Below, one piece after another: positions 1 to 12,413 of a stretch of DNA of 64,000 bases. How positions within the stretch are numbered: position 1 is the stretch's first letter; each line of letters begins with the position of its first letter. The notes below the pieces were generated by a model, which did not search any database, was not told the origin of the DNA, and worked only from the letters and a program-made list of their open reading frames with translations. Both the position numbers and the translations under genes were made by a program. The stretch spans positions 31,372,001 through 31,436,000 of the forward strand of contig NC_082735.1 of the NCBI RefSeq assembly GCF_030144855.1, read 5' to 3'. The DNA is from Hypanus sabinus (Eukaryota).

Positions 1-509
1 ATTGCCCTAGCCATGTTCTTGAAAGAACAAGCTCACAGCAGCCGAAGGAAATCCTGCTCATCTTCCATTGAGAAAAACCAGAGAGCAGCACCAACTGGGG
101 AGCTGGCCTACAAGGACCAGACGACAACCCTGCTTAGATTCCCATCCACGCTTTGTGCCTCTGTCCACTCCCACACTGCCTCCTTTCCGTATGGCAGTAA
201 CAGGTGATGTCACGGCCTGAGGACCTGGTCTTCAGGCTGCAATTTCAGTGCACACACCACCTCCTTCCCTCAGTGGCTGTTACAGGAGACACCTCAACAT
301 GAGGGACTGCTCCACAGAGCAACCAAGGCTGCACAGCTCATCTACCATTGGTCATCCATAAGCCAAAGAACTAGACTTGCAGTAATTTGTATTATCAATA
401 TCCAACAGGGTCTTGTGATCATAAGTAAAATAAAGAAATTGGATAGAGGCCATCGTGACCATCTTACCAGAAATATCAGGTATCTTAACTAAGTGAATTT
501 GAAGGCAGT

Positions 510-568
510 ACAAATGAGAAAACAGGGATAAGAGAATTATAAATGAGAAAACAGGGATAAGAGAATTA
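510..568. repeat. 30-bp tandem duplication
   Basis: AAATGAGAAAACAGGGGATAAGAGAATTA occurs twice in tandem. Confidence 0.85.
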
Positions 569-581
569 ACCAAGTACTCAC

Positions 582-703
582 CTGTATTTCTGTAAATTCT
601 CCAAAACAAAGAGCCTGCTTGCACAGCTACGGGATGTCCTCACAGAAAAGGGTAACAAAGTCTTGTTTGTGCAAGGCTCATTTTCGACAATATTGTGGTC
701 CAT
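582..703 (-). CDS. Probable first coding exon of an unidentified gene continuing off the left edge
   Basis: ATG at 703 in strong Kozak context (caacATGG). Open for 40 codons+2 nt (MDHNIVENEPCTNKTLLPFSVRTSRSCASRLFVLENLQKY), ending at a consensus donor CAG|GTGAGT. No homology recognised. Confidence 0.45.
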
Positions 704-1189
704 GTTGAAATTTTTATCAAAAATCACAAGTGATGCAGTATTTTCAAGCCAACTCCTTCAAACATCATTTCCATTAATCACAATTTAGTTATACAAATGC
801 ATTTGTCTACACAAGGATCTCAGTGGATTAGTGCAAATTAATGATCTTGAAGAGTGTGACCAGTGTACGCTGTGTGGTTGGTGTGAGAATAAGTTGCTTT
901 CCCCTCTAATTTTCACCAGTCCATCATCTCCCTCTGGTGCCCTCCCTTTCCTGACCCACTCTTATCTGATTCTATCTTCAGCACTTTACCTATTCTACTC
1001 ACCACCTCCTAGCTTCCGAGTTCATCTAACCTCCCCCACCCATCATCTTCCAATATACTCTCTCCCACTCATCTCATTCTGGCTTTTGCTCCCTTCCTTT
1101 CCATCTGTTGAAGGGTCTTAGCACTGAACTGTTCATTCCCCTCCACAGATGCTGCCCAACTCACTGAGCTCCTCCAGTAAAAACCTTGG

Positions 1190-1740
1190 CAAACTTCTAG
1201 AGATGTGTGGTGGACAATGTGCTGACTGGCTACATTACAGCCTGGTATGGGAACGCCAATACCCTTGAGCAGCAAGTACACAAGGTGGCAGATTCAAGGT
1301 GCCCAGTCCATCACAAGTAAAATCCTCCCAACCATCGAGTGTATCTACATGAAACATCGCCATAGAAAAGCAGCATCCATCAAAAGATTACCCAGGCCAT
1401 GCTCTTTTCTTGCTGCTGCCATGAGGTAGAAGGTACAAGTGCCTCAGGAGTCAAACCACCTGGTTCAAGAACAGTTACTACCCCTCAACCATTAGGCTCT
1501 TGAACAAAAGGAGATAACTACATTAATTCTACTTCTGGCACTCCCACAACTAATTGTCTCACTCTATGGTCTCTTTATCATGTAATTTCATGCTCATTTA
1601 TTTATATTTGCACTGGCAGTTTGTTATCCAATGATCCCATTTAGAGTTACCACTATGGATTTGCTAAGTATGCCTGCAGGAAAATATCTCTGGGTTGTAT
1701 GTGGTGACATGCATGTACTCCAATAAATTTCACTTTGACC
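1190..1740 (+). mobile_element. Degenerate 3' fragment of Rex1/Babar-type LINE
   Basis: Decayed translation (TGYITAWYGN...RKAASI) matches the C-terminal region of the RT ORFs at 30.0 kb and 43.9-44.8 kb. Confidence 0.6.
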
Positions 1741-1805
1741 TTCTTGTAGATTTCTCATAACTTACTTGAGCAAGCCAAGTCAGAAAAATTCATTTATAAA
1801 TTATC

Positions 1806-1811
1806 TTTATT
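1806..1811 (-). terminator. Candidate RSRP1 polyadenylation signal
   Basis: AATAAA on minus about 325 nt after the stop codon, at the end of an AU-rich tract. Confidence 0.6.
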
Positions 1812-2135
1812 GAATTCTGGGAAAAAAATTTACAAAAAACAGTATTTTGTCACACAGAGCCCCATGTGAAATCTTGGTAAATTACTTCTCTTACCTGTGT
1901 ATTATTTCAGAAGATTTATCATAAACTAAACATTGCTTAGTATCTGCATGTTACAGTGAAGTGTTAACCCAAATAAATACATAACATTTATACAAAACTA
2001 CAACTTGCTCCAAAGTTTCACATTTATGATACAAGTTTCACAAATCATGCCAAGTATTATAACAAAATTCAATCCAGCTGGCTTAAAATAACTGATTACA
2101 AATGCACTTTAAATTTTATATACTATTCTGAACCT

Positions 2136-2270
2136 TCACTGTGCCTTTGTTCTATCACCACTCTGTACCGGTATCCACTGTCCATATGGGCTTCTTTTCC
2201 GCTTATTCTCAGGAGACTCTTTAACAGAGCCACTTGGTGACTTTTGATTCAGTGGTTTTGCTACTGCGTT
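2136..2270 (-). CDS. RSRP1: RSRP1 last coding exon
   Basis: ttctgcag| acceptor. Encodes NAVAKPLNQKSPSGSVKESPENKRKRSPYGQWIPVQSGDRTKAQ*, matching the recalled RSRP1 C-terminus (N.VAKP...SPYG.WIP). Confidence 0.93.
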   Translation of the reverse strand, partial: NAVAKPLNQKSPSGSVKESPENKRKRSPYGQWIPVQSGDRTKAQ

Positions 2271-2662
2271 CTGCAGAACAATGAGACACAAGTAAATTCC
2301 AAGAGTCAACGTAAAAGTCCAGATGAAAGTTACATTTTAACCACAAACATCTAAATACACTAGTTTGTCAGCCTATGCCAACATTGCTCCAGAACCACAA
2401 TGCAACAAATTTATCAATTTGATCCAATTACACAGTAGTGATATATAGAAGTGCAAGATACCACAGGTTTCAAAAATAACTGAGGTAGCCTATCACTCAA
2501 TATATAAAAGTAATGCTTCACAGGCAGGAATCCAGTCAAAATTGAAATCACATATAGTGTATAACCTCCAGCATCAGACAATGAATGAGAAGTTGCTACT
2601 GTTTTAGTAAATTTAACTTAATATTCAATCAATAATCTTTTTATTTTAAAGTGCCTACTTAC

Positions 2663-2761
2663 TTTAACACTGAAGGCTATCCAGTGGTTTGTTTCTGATC
2701 TAGAAGGGGCACTTCCTAACTTCTGAACTGGTTCATCCTCTTCATCTTCATTTGCTTGTTT
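2663..2761 (-). CDS. RSRP1: RSRP1 internal coding exon (99 nt)
   Basis: ttctaatgcag| acceptor and |gtaagt donor, phase 0-0. Encodes KQANEDEEDEPVQKLGSAPSRSETNHWIAFSVK, containing the IAFS motif of RSRP1. Confidence 0.92.
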
Positions 2762-5700
2762 CTGCATTAGAAAAACAAAGACCAATCCAATGAAAACTGA
2801 TTAACAATCAGAATTAAAACACGTAGCACTGGTTGGACAAGCCTATTATTCTATCAGTAGATTTCAAAATACACTATCATTCTACCTGTTGTGGTAGAAT
2901 CTGCAGGAAAACTGATACTGATTCTTGCAGCTTGGCACTATTCTAGCTGATAATGTAAACCAAATGGCCAACAATTCAGAAAACATAACCTCACTTTAGC
3001 ATATTCAACAAATAAAGATTGAGATTTGTAATGCTGAGGTTCTAGAATTTCTAAACAAGTTTGAGTACAAATTACTTGAAATCTGTAACAAGATTTACAC
3101 CAGTCTGAATTACCATAAACATTTATTTGGTTCCATGGTAATTCCCATTAAGAGCACAAATGCTTTCAAGCACTTTCTGTAATGTGTCAAATGATTATAT
3201 TTGAGTGTACAACTGAATGCAGCCATGTTGATAACATATTCTAGGCTATAAAGCCAAGGAACTTATCTTCAAAAAACGTTGGCCTCTTCTTCGGCAATGA
3301 TCTGATATTCAAAACCTCCTGGAACACAGTGAATAAGTTATGAGGACAAGAAAATCCTAGAATAAAAGTTATGCATGGACAATACCAAATCCAACAGCAG
3401 AAATTAGTCAAACCTCAGCTTCATATGCCTCAGTGCCCTTGAAGGAACTAAGTGACTTATCAATGGGAAATCCATGGATAATCAACAAAAACTGATCCAA
3501 GTTATGTAGACTTGAGTGATCATTATTTAAACTACTTAATGCTTTAACTGTGTTCCAGACAGATTGCAAACTAAAAATGTTATTCCACAATCCTGCATAA
3601 AGCATGGCATGGTAGTTTTGTTTACCTTCTGTATATGAGTAAGTGGGCTTTCTGGCCCAGTAATTAGATCATCACTCCAAGGTCAAGTGCACTATTAACA
3701 TGCAGAGCAAAGCACCCTCCATTCTGCATCCAATATTGCCTCATACCCTGAACTTCAGCTGTTACATAGCTAATATTAGTCAAATCAGTATCTTTTGAGG
3801 GTAGACCCCTGCTCTGAACAAAACTGAAGTAGTAGCAAAACACATTCCAATTAAAGCTGGACTGTGAGCTCTGTTTAAATTCAAGCCAATTTGAACATTA
3901 AATTCTGCTAGGGAACAAGTGTCTGAAACACAATAGGTCTCTTGCATCAGAGGCCAAAGTAGGGGTAGTGCAATGCTATTAAAATATGCAAACATTAATT
4001 TTATTTATGGCTCAACCCTACAGAGAGAAGGTAGCTACTGTTCCCTTAGCAACCCAATCTTTGTACAATTGCAGCTTATGATTCAAAACTATCAACAAGT
4101 TCAGGGCTGATTCTTGTCCATGTAAGTGGTTTTTACCAAGAATGTAAATTTATACTTAACTAGTTATTGATGGGTCATCTGGATGAACAATTTGGTTAAC
4201 ATGGATTGCCTAAGTTTGAAAAGCAGAGTCAGTTGCATTGAATTGTTGAAAGTGTTAGTGTAAACAGAAGTAACACCATGTCTACCTGCTGTTGCAATCA
4301 ATCACAGCAAAAACCTTTCCTCATTATACTGGCATTTCTTTCATTTGCTAAGTTTAAAGTAGCCTCTACAGAGTCCATAAAAAGTAATTTAAAAAACCAA
4401 ATGGCCTCTTTCCCATCCACATAATGTAAACTGAATTTTGATCTGGGATTCTCAAAGATCAGATGATATGGAGTAAGGAAGTAACAATGGAAGGCAAATT
4501 AGCAGGTTACCAGATGAAGACATTGGAAAGTAATGTTCTACAATGATCAATATTGAAAATACTGGTTCTGGAAATATTAAAGCAGTATCAAAACATACAC
4601 ATTAGAAGTAATAAAAATGAAATATTTAAAGTTAAACACTTAGATGGCAAATTAAATTCATTGAATCTGTGATTTACTTTGGTAGGGAAATTGGGAATGG
4701 AAGTATCACCTACATATTATAAAAAACAATGGATATAAGAATAAAGAATCTCAGACTACAGACATGAAAATCAGCACAATTAAAAGTGCCAACAGATTTG
4801 TTTCAGGAAGAACAGTATCAGATTTATACAGGACAAGCCAGATTTGAGGGCAGAATACTCATCTCCATCTTGGATGAAGGATTATTGCTTTATTCATTAT
4901 TCAGTGGTATCATGGTGGAACAAAGCACCACCCAGGTGGCCCAGCTAAATAGCATTCAAAAGAAATAATACAAGAGAAAAGGAAAATGTACAAAAGGTAG
5001 GTGAATGGAAAGAGGCTCGTGTGCAATGCAATTTGCAGCTGGACTGAACAGTACATTTACACTGAACAGCAACATCAATGAAGCTGCCTATTTCCAGCCA
5101 AAATTCTGTCAGTTGCCAAACTTCTTAAATGAAATGGACATAAGTAAATGGTTTACATGTCACTCGATTCCCAATCAAGATTATCATTTGGCCTGCTGGA
5201 ATTAAAATGCATCATGACAAAACTAATTAGGAGACAATGCAGTATAATGAAATACCAAATATAGCACTGCCTTGACTTTTGACTGGGAAGAAATACACTA
5301 AGCTTCTCCATTCTCCCCTTACTTCTACAAGATGGCTTGATAAGAGGTCACAAGCTCCCTGATCAGAAGAAAAAAAATACAAAACAGAATGCTTCATCCC
5401 TCATGCAGATATGGAATGCCACTGTTTTCATGATGATAAAATGCATTTGTTTACGGCGTAGATAGTGTCATAGTTTCATTTATAATCACATCTTTTAAAA
5501 CCATTTTAATTATTACACTGGCCAAGCTGCCCCTAATAACTGCACACATGCAGATACAAAGATACCACCTCATATCTTCCAAGAAGTGCAGTCCATTTCA
5601 AGGCTTCTATAAAACAGAAATAAATCAAGTCATACAAACCAAATTTATAGCTTTTATATGGAAAGTGTTTGAATGACATGTTGAGTAAAACAAGCTGGCT

Positions 5701-6178
5701 GAATCATTACTGCACAATACAATCTCCCAATTATGATTAATATACTTGACAGCACCAAATATTAAGCACTTAGGGAATGTCCAGAATTTGTAAAGAACTA
5801 TACATGTGGAAATTCCTCATAGCCTAGCTGAGAAAACATTTCTACTATGTTAATCTAGGAATGACTAGAGCTGTAAGCATCTTACATTTGTTCTCATTAG
5901 AAATTAAGAGAATAAAACTGAGTATACTCAAAACAATTTGGGTAACAAACCAATGCAATTAAAAGCCAAGTTAGAAAAGGAGTACAACTCAAAATTTATT
6001 CTACCCCAACACAGGAACACTGGTATAAGAGAGTCAAAATGTACTTAAATGGGTAATAGCTAAGATCACACGACTAATAGTGCAGGAGTTGGTGTTCAAA
6101 TATTTGGACAGAAGTAATCTTCTACATTCAGACATGCAAAAAGAAATTTCTTCAATATAATGAAATGTTATCACTCAC

Positions 6179-6342
6179 CCTTCTGATCATCTCTTTAGCT
6201 GCATCAATGTTGGACTTCTCAAAATTGTAATTCTCATCTCTGAAAGGACTAGTAGGCTTCAGGCTAGGTGGCATCTGAATATTGCTTTTTCCAAATAATT
6301 TATCAGCATTTGCCTTTGCTATTTCAAGCAGAGTATTTTTAT
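6179..6342 (-). CDS. RSRP1: RSRP1 internal coding exon (164 nt)
   Basis: ctttcag| acceptor and |gtgagt donor. Encodes (D)KNTLLEIAKANADKLFGKSNIQMPPSLK..., with the characteristic LLEIAK.NA motif. Confidence 0.95.
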
Positions 6343-7448
6343 CTGAAAGAACACAGCATTTATAAACTTTAGGTTGCTACCCTTCAAACTTAGAAAAACA
6401 CAAGACCAAATGCAAAATGTTGATAGGCAATTGGGAGCTCTGAGGACAATACCTAAAAGTGAGTGGCAAGAGCTGTAGGGAGGAAAACACATGGATGTGA
6501 TAGACCAACACTTTCACAAAGCTTTCAACCATGGTGCCATTAAAATCACTGAAAAGAGCACGTGGGATTGGAGGACACAGTGAGTTAATCAACACCTAGA
6601 AGCAAGAACATTTAGGGAAGATAAACTAGTGGGCCAGTAGAGATTAGTACTGGGGCAACATCTATTCCCTATCTACAAGGAAGTCTGAAGAGATCAAAAG
6701 CATTATTTTCAAGCTTGCTAAAGACAAAACTGTGATGAAAATGTAGAGAGACTTTAGAAGGGTTATACAAAAGTTGAAACAGAAGGCAACATAGACAAAT
6801 AGCTTAGAAAATACAGGCAAACCACTGCAGTGATTTAAATAAAAATGAGAGACTTTGAATGAGAAGTTGGGAAATGCTCATGTTCAAACAACCTGGATGC
6901 CTTGAATAACTCACTGAACATCATGTAGCTGCAGAAGGTAAACAGAAAAGGAATGTGATAATGTTTGCCTTATTTATAGAGTAGTGTAAAGATATTTCAC
7001 TACAATTACATCTGTCCTTCACAAGACCACATCTTGCATGTTTGTTGGAGGGTATTAAATGATCTCAGGAATGGCAGGAGTGTCAAGCCAGCCAGGCTTT
7101 TAGTTTACAGGAATGAATAAACATTATTGAAAAGTCAAAAATCATAAGAGAGCTTAGACAGGGCATATATTGGAAGATGCTCTGATTGAGAAACCTCAAA
7201 GTAATTGCTTGGCCATTTGGGACTAATTATTTTTCTCTCGTAAATCTTTGGACTTCACTACAAAAAGCTGAGGGTCAATCACCAACTTCATTAAAGTCAG
7301 AGCAATAGATTTTTGGACATAGGAATCATGAGACTTCAGAAATAATTATTTATCTAGTTGAATAAAGAATACAAGTCAAGAGATCAAATAATTACTCCCA
7401 CATCCATTCACGATTATTTGGATTTATAATATTTTCAATATATTCTAC

Positions 7449-8262
7449 CTTTTTGTGTTAAGTAAATAGATCTTCCCCTTGATCTGCTTCGACTTCTCTG
7501 TGAAGAATGGGTTCTGTACATAAAACTATGGTAGTTCCTTGGACGCCTGGATGAATATCTTGACCTTGATCCTGAGCGGGATCTCCTGTGTCTCAAGCTA
7601 GACCTTGATCGGTACCTGAGGGGTGACCGATATGGCATGTGATATCTTGATCTTCGGTAACAAGACCTTGAACAGCTTCGAGACCGGGATCTTGAATGGG
7701 CTCGTCTTGAACTCTTGCATCTCTTCTCTTGTGATACACATCTTGACCTTGAAGTCGAATTAGTGTATTTTGAACTTGATCTGTACCTTTTTAATGGGGA
7801 CACAGAATCCAAACAGGAACTGCCTGATGAGGACACCGAACTTGATCTGGAACTGCCAGAAGAGGACATCGAATCTGACTGAGAGCTACAAGAGGAGACT
7901 GAACTGGAACGAGAGCTACAGGACGACGACACCGAACTCGATCGAGAGCAACTCGATGATGACATCGAACCCGATTCTGAGCTGGCAGAGGATGAAACAG
8001 AATCTGACCGAGAGCTAGCAGAAGATGAGCAACAACTTCCCAAAGATGATACTGAACCTGACTTTGAGAGTTTGCATTTCTGATGGCCTGGAGTTCTGGA
8101 CCGTGACATTCTCTTACACTTTTGAGGCTTATCTGAAGCAAGACACAATTCATCCACACCAATTGCAATTTTCTCAGCCTTCTTCTTCTGCATACAGCAC
8201 CTATCTGTTCCCCGCTTCCCTTCAGACATTCGTTCACGTTTCAGATTGTCATGCAAATGCAT
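7449..8262 (-). CDS. RSRP1: RSRP1 first coding exon (Ser-rich and RS domain); exon begins at 8267
   Basis: Part of the 275-aa ORF rich in S and RS dipeptides. Acceptor cccag|GTAAAATG and donor AAAG|gtagaa, phase 1 as the next exon requires. The true start Met could be one of the downstream ATGs. Confidence 0.9.
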
Positions 8263-10497
8263 TTTACCTGGGGAGGGGAGGGAAAGAAAAGTCAGAACTT
8301 ACATAATACAAACAGAACGATTTTTGTTAGTCACGAACTGAAGAATTAATTCAAGTAAATGGTACAAATCTCAACTGCTGTTTCCTAGTACTGCATTTAT
8401 AGTCAAATTCATTAACTAAAAAATGAAATACAACTTTATTTCTTTGAACTTTAACACACAGGAAGACCCTTATTCATTTGGCTATGCTGGCTCCTTAAAA
8501 TCTTTATATTAGTTCAAGTGCTCCATTCTCCTACAGATCTCCTTTTCCAAGTAATTCCTAGTTCACTGCAAAATGATCCTTTTCTGCTTTAAAAGTAACT
8601 GATATATATAAGATTTTCTTTTCAAGCAATGCTATGATCAATTGAACATACAAAATTATCTTCATTTTTCTTCTGGTTCTCTCAGCCAAGTAATTTCAAT
8701 TAAACCCCTTCTGTCAAGACAATTTCCAAGTATAGATTTCCTTTTATTCTATCAAATGGATGTGACTGAATTTTAAATTGAATCCTTAACCTTCTTTGCA
8801 TTGAAGGTATCAATACCAAACTTACCAAAGTTGGATTTCTTTTTCATCAGTTCCCAGGATAAATCAGATGAACCTGGCCTGTTAACACATAGAAAAATTA
8901 AATTGAAACATGGGACACTTATGTTTACATGACTACAGTGAGATTCAATTATCTTAGAACAAAACACTACCTCAAGATACACCCGGAATGGATTTTTCCC
9001 ACCACCTCCTTTTCTCAAGGCTGTCAAGACCTTACTCAAATGGAAGTCTGACTTGCAATAATATTACTAAATTGGATGAGAAGCCAAACAACAGAATTCT
9101 TAACAGTACAACACTTTACTGATTTTAAACTTTTAGATGGTGGCAGACTGGTACATATGCATGAGATTAAAGTTGAAGGCAAATTAGACTGGACTAAAAA
9201 TTTAATTTTTAAGTAGGATATTTGTCCTAGAAGTTTACAAGACTTTTATTTATAGATTGTTAACCAGAAACTGCAGCTATACAGTTCATTGTACTCCACC
9301 TTATTACAGATTTTCATGACAATAGTTAATTGATCAGTTGCACGCTATATGTTTGCAGCTAAAAGCTCCATTGTATATTGACAGGTACCACAAAATCCAG
9401 GCTATAGTTCAGTTCACTGATTTGATTTGCATCCTGGACAGCAATACCTTGTGCTACTTTCCCTTCACACCAGGGGAATTACTTAAGTACCTCCAACCTA
9501 TTGGCCTCATCAACTTAACTGGACTCGATCACTGCTCAGTTTTTTTTTTAAAAAGTACTACATTCGCTTTTAGATTGGACCCATTCAGAAAACGCTTTTC
9601 CTTATTAAATGGAATACGCCAATACAATAAAGTGACCAAGTTGCGGATGTCTAATAAAGCTGCTGTCTTGATTAGGGAATGCTTGCCCAAGGATCAACAA
9701 TAAGGAAGACCTACGTGAGCAATTTAACTCACCACTGCCATCCAACGGCGAATTAGGACCTTATCTAGAACATTCCAATGCTTGCGAGTTCACGGTCGGA
9801 GGGTGGGGTGGTCCAATTAATTCATAAAACTGTTAAGATCATCGTAATGACAAAGGTCATCAGATCCTAGGGGTTCAGCCTCTACTTCCTGAAGTCATGC
9901 AAATTGTAGTCAAGGGTTTAAAAAAAAATTAAGAGAAACAACTCGGTACTGTTAGATTACCAATTATGGTGGTTGTTTGACGAAATTAAACATTTCGGTA
10001 ACAAATACCCTGGGTCTGCCCCAAGCATGCCAAAGCAGTGACTTTGACCCCAATCTCATCTGTGTTTTATGAACCCGACCTATAGACATTGACCCTCGAA
10101 TTTACCACCTAACTGTGCGACCTGAACAACAAAATACCGCAGGTACAGAAGATTTTTCTTTAAATACTTTATATTTAACTATGACGAGAGACTGTTAGAA
10201 ACGCTCAACAGGTTGTGAAGTGAGAGAGTAACGAGGACATTTTCATCTCAGATAAAATTACACCCACAGAAACATTGATTAAATCCTTCCCTATTGTCCT
10301 TGCCAGTATTTTTTGTTTCCAGATCTCAAAAAACTGAGTTTGGCTGCGTGACAAACCCCCGTCCGCTTTCAATAAAATACTGCGTCACGCTCAAAAACAG
10401 CGCATAAACCGTCTCTTAAATTAAGACTTCCGAAAAAAATTAGTAAGTAATTTAAATCGAAACCTCTACATTTTTAAAATTTCACTCCAGACCTTAC

Positions 10498-10580
10498 CGT
10501 TTACGATTATTGTCTTTAATCGCCGAAGAATCCACAAGGGCACTAGCTCCCCCGTCGTTCGTCGCCACCATCTTATGAAC
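10498..10580 (-). other. RSRP1: RSRP1 exon 1 (5' leader containing a uORF start)
   Basis: CpG-rich, donor ACG|gtaagg at 10497, immediately downstream of a TATA box. The TSS is estimated at about 30 nt from TATA. Confidence 0.7.
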
Positions 10581-10603
10581 TGCCCCTGAGTGCAGTCGCC
10601 GCC

Positions 10604-10682
10604 TTTTATAAAAATCGTGACACCGGGCCCGCCTTCATTTCACTCTCATTGGCTCTTTGCTACAGGACCTTATTCCCATTGG
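10604..10682 (-). promoter_or_regulatory. RSRP1 core promoter: TATA box, GC box and two CCAAT boxes
   Basis: TATAAAA (10610-10604), GGCGGG (10633-10628) and CCAAT at 10652-10648 and 10682-10678 (30-bp spacing), in a CpG-rich region. Confidence 0.75.
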
Positions 10683-12413
10683 TCGCTGTGGATAATGCCT
10701 GAAAAGTCAGCCTATCAGAGAGCAGGCAAGCGTTTAATCGGCGCTTGGTCCCGGCTGCTTCAATCTATTCGAAGCCCGAATGGGTAGAACGGCTGTCAAT
10801 CAAGAGTGATCGACAAAGGAGAAACAAGCGTTAAATACCCCGACTAAAGAAAATGAAAAAATACGAGCAGATGATGACGAGGCGGTTAGGGAGCAATTGT
10901 CAACTGAAGCTACTTGGCCGCTTCAGCATAAGGCAATATTAATATCTTGGATGAAGACCTTCCAGTTCAAAACCTTAATCAGATTTACATGCCAGCATGT
11001 AATCCTATCCTTTCGATCTGGCTTCTGCCAACCCCCCGCCCCCCATCTCCTCCTTTTCCAGTCCTGGTGAAGGGTCTCGACCAGAAACGTCCTCTGTTTT
11101 ATTCCCCTCCACAGATGCTGCCTGATTTGAGGAGTTCCTCCTGCATTTTTTGCCTGTTAATTACATTTGTCGTGTCCCCCCCCCCCCCCATAGGTGCAGC
11201 CTTGGGCATTTCTTTTGGTCAATATGTACTGTTTTCCCAGCAGTAAAACGCGATGAATTAATTTTTTTCCTTAAATTTGGAAAATTTCTTTAGTCTTGAT
11301 TTAAGATTATCTCCTTGCTTCCATATTGTTCCCTTCTTTAGCAAAACTCAGTGACGTCACCAGACAAGCAAGATGGTTACGGCCACCCGACTTGAGCTTC
11401 AACAACCTGCTCAGATCCAGGAGGATCCTCCAGAACTGACTGCGCAATGTCCCTAGGAAGATCTGGAACTGGTCCTAAAACAGACCAGTCCGGCAGTTGC
11501 ACTGGTATGTCACAAACGATATGCCAGATTTCTCCATTGGACCAGAAGTGGTGGTGTAGGCGTCTGGTCAAAACCTCCTAGGATTAGATCAAACATCAGC
11601 AAAGAACCCCTTACCACTTACCGCCCAACATAAACGGTGCAAACGTGGGACGTGGGTCCATGTCCCACTCTATCAGAGTAACACACACACAAAAAGCAAA
11701 TTGGGCAGTGATTAATTAGATAAACTCACCACACAATGCAGAATACAAGTTGCTGGTCTTTTACCGCGCCCAGAGTAATAGCTACAATTCAGAACTATTC
11801 GCCAATTTTTAAAGCACATATACAATTTATTTTTAACCAAAACTAGCATAAGAATAACTATACTCATACTAAACATCTTTTAGATGAAGAAAAAGCTTTT
11901 TTCCATGTTGAATAGCATTTGGAAGAAGCAGAGAAAAAAACTAACATTTGGATGGAAGACTGCAATATCTTCAACTAAGGACATATTTAATCTCAGTTTA
12001 CCTCATTGCCGCATCATTACCTCTAGCCCTTGTGCTGGTCCAAATGCAGAAACACCGACTGTTTTTCTTTAAATATCACCTGGAAAGATTAAGATGAAGG
12101 TTCCATTCTCTGGCAAAAAAAAGTTGCCTGGGTGGGGGACGGGGCGGTGGTTATTCCACTTGTAGGGTCGCCTAAAACTAGGGATCGATCGGGGTTCAAT
12201 TCCCGCCACTGTCCGTAATGTGTTTGAACGTTCACCCGGTGACTTTCCAACGATTTGGTTTCCTCCCATATGCGAAACGTGTGGTTTGGGTTATTAGTAA
12301 GTTGTGGGTGAACTACGCTGGCGCCAGAACAAGGGCGACACTCGCGGGCTGCTCCCAAAACAACCCCCAGATTGCGGCGGTCTATGATAGTAACGACGTA
12401 TTTCACTGTATGA

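Noticed and set aside
7770-8306. Antisense and alternate-frame ORFs over RSRP1 exon 2
   Set aside because: Explained by the low-complexity Ser-repeat coding on the minus strand.
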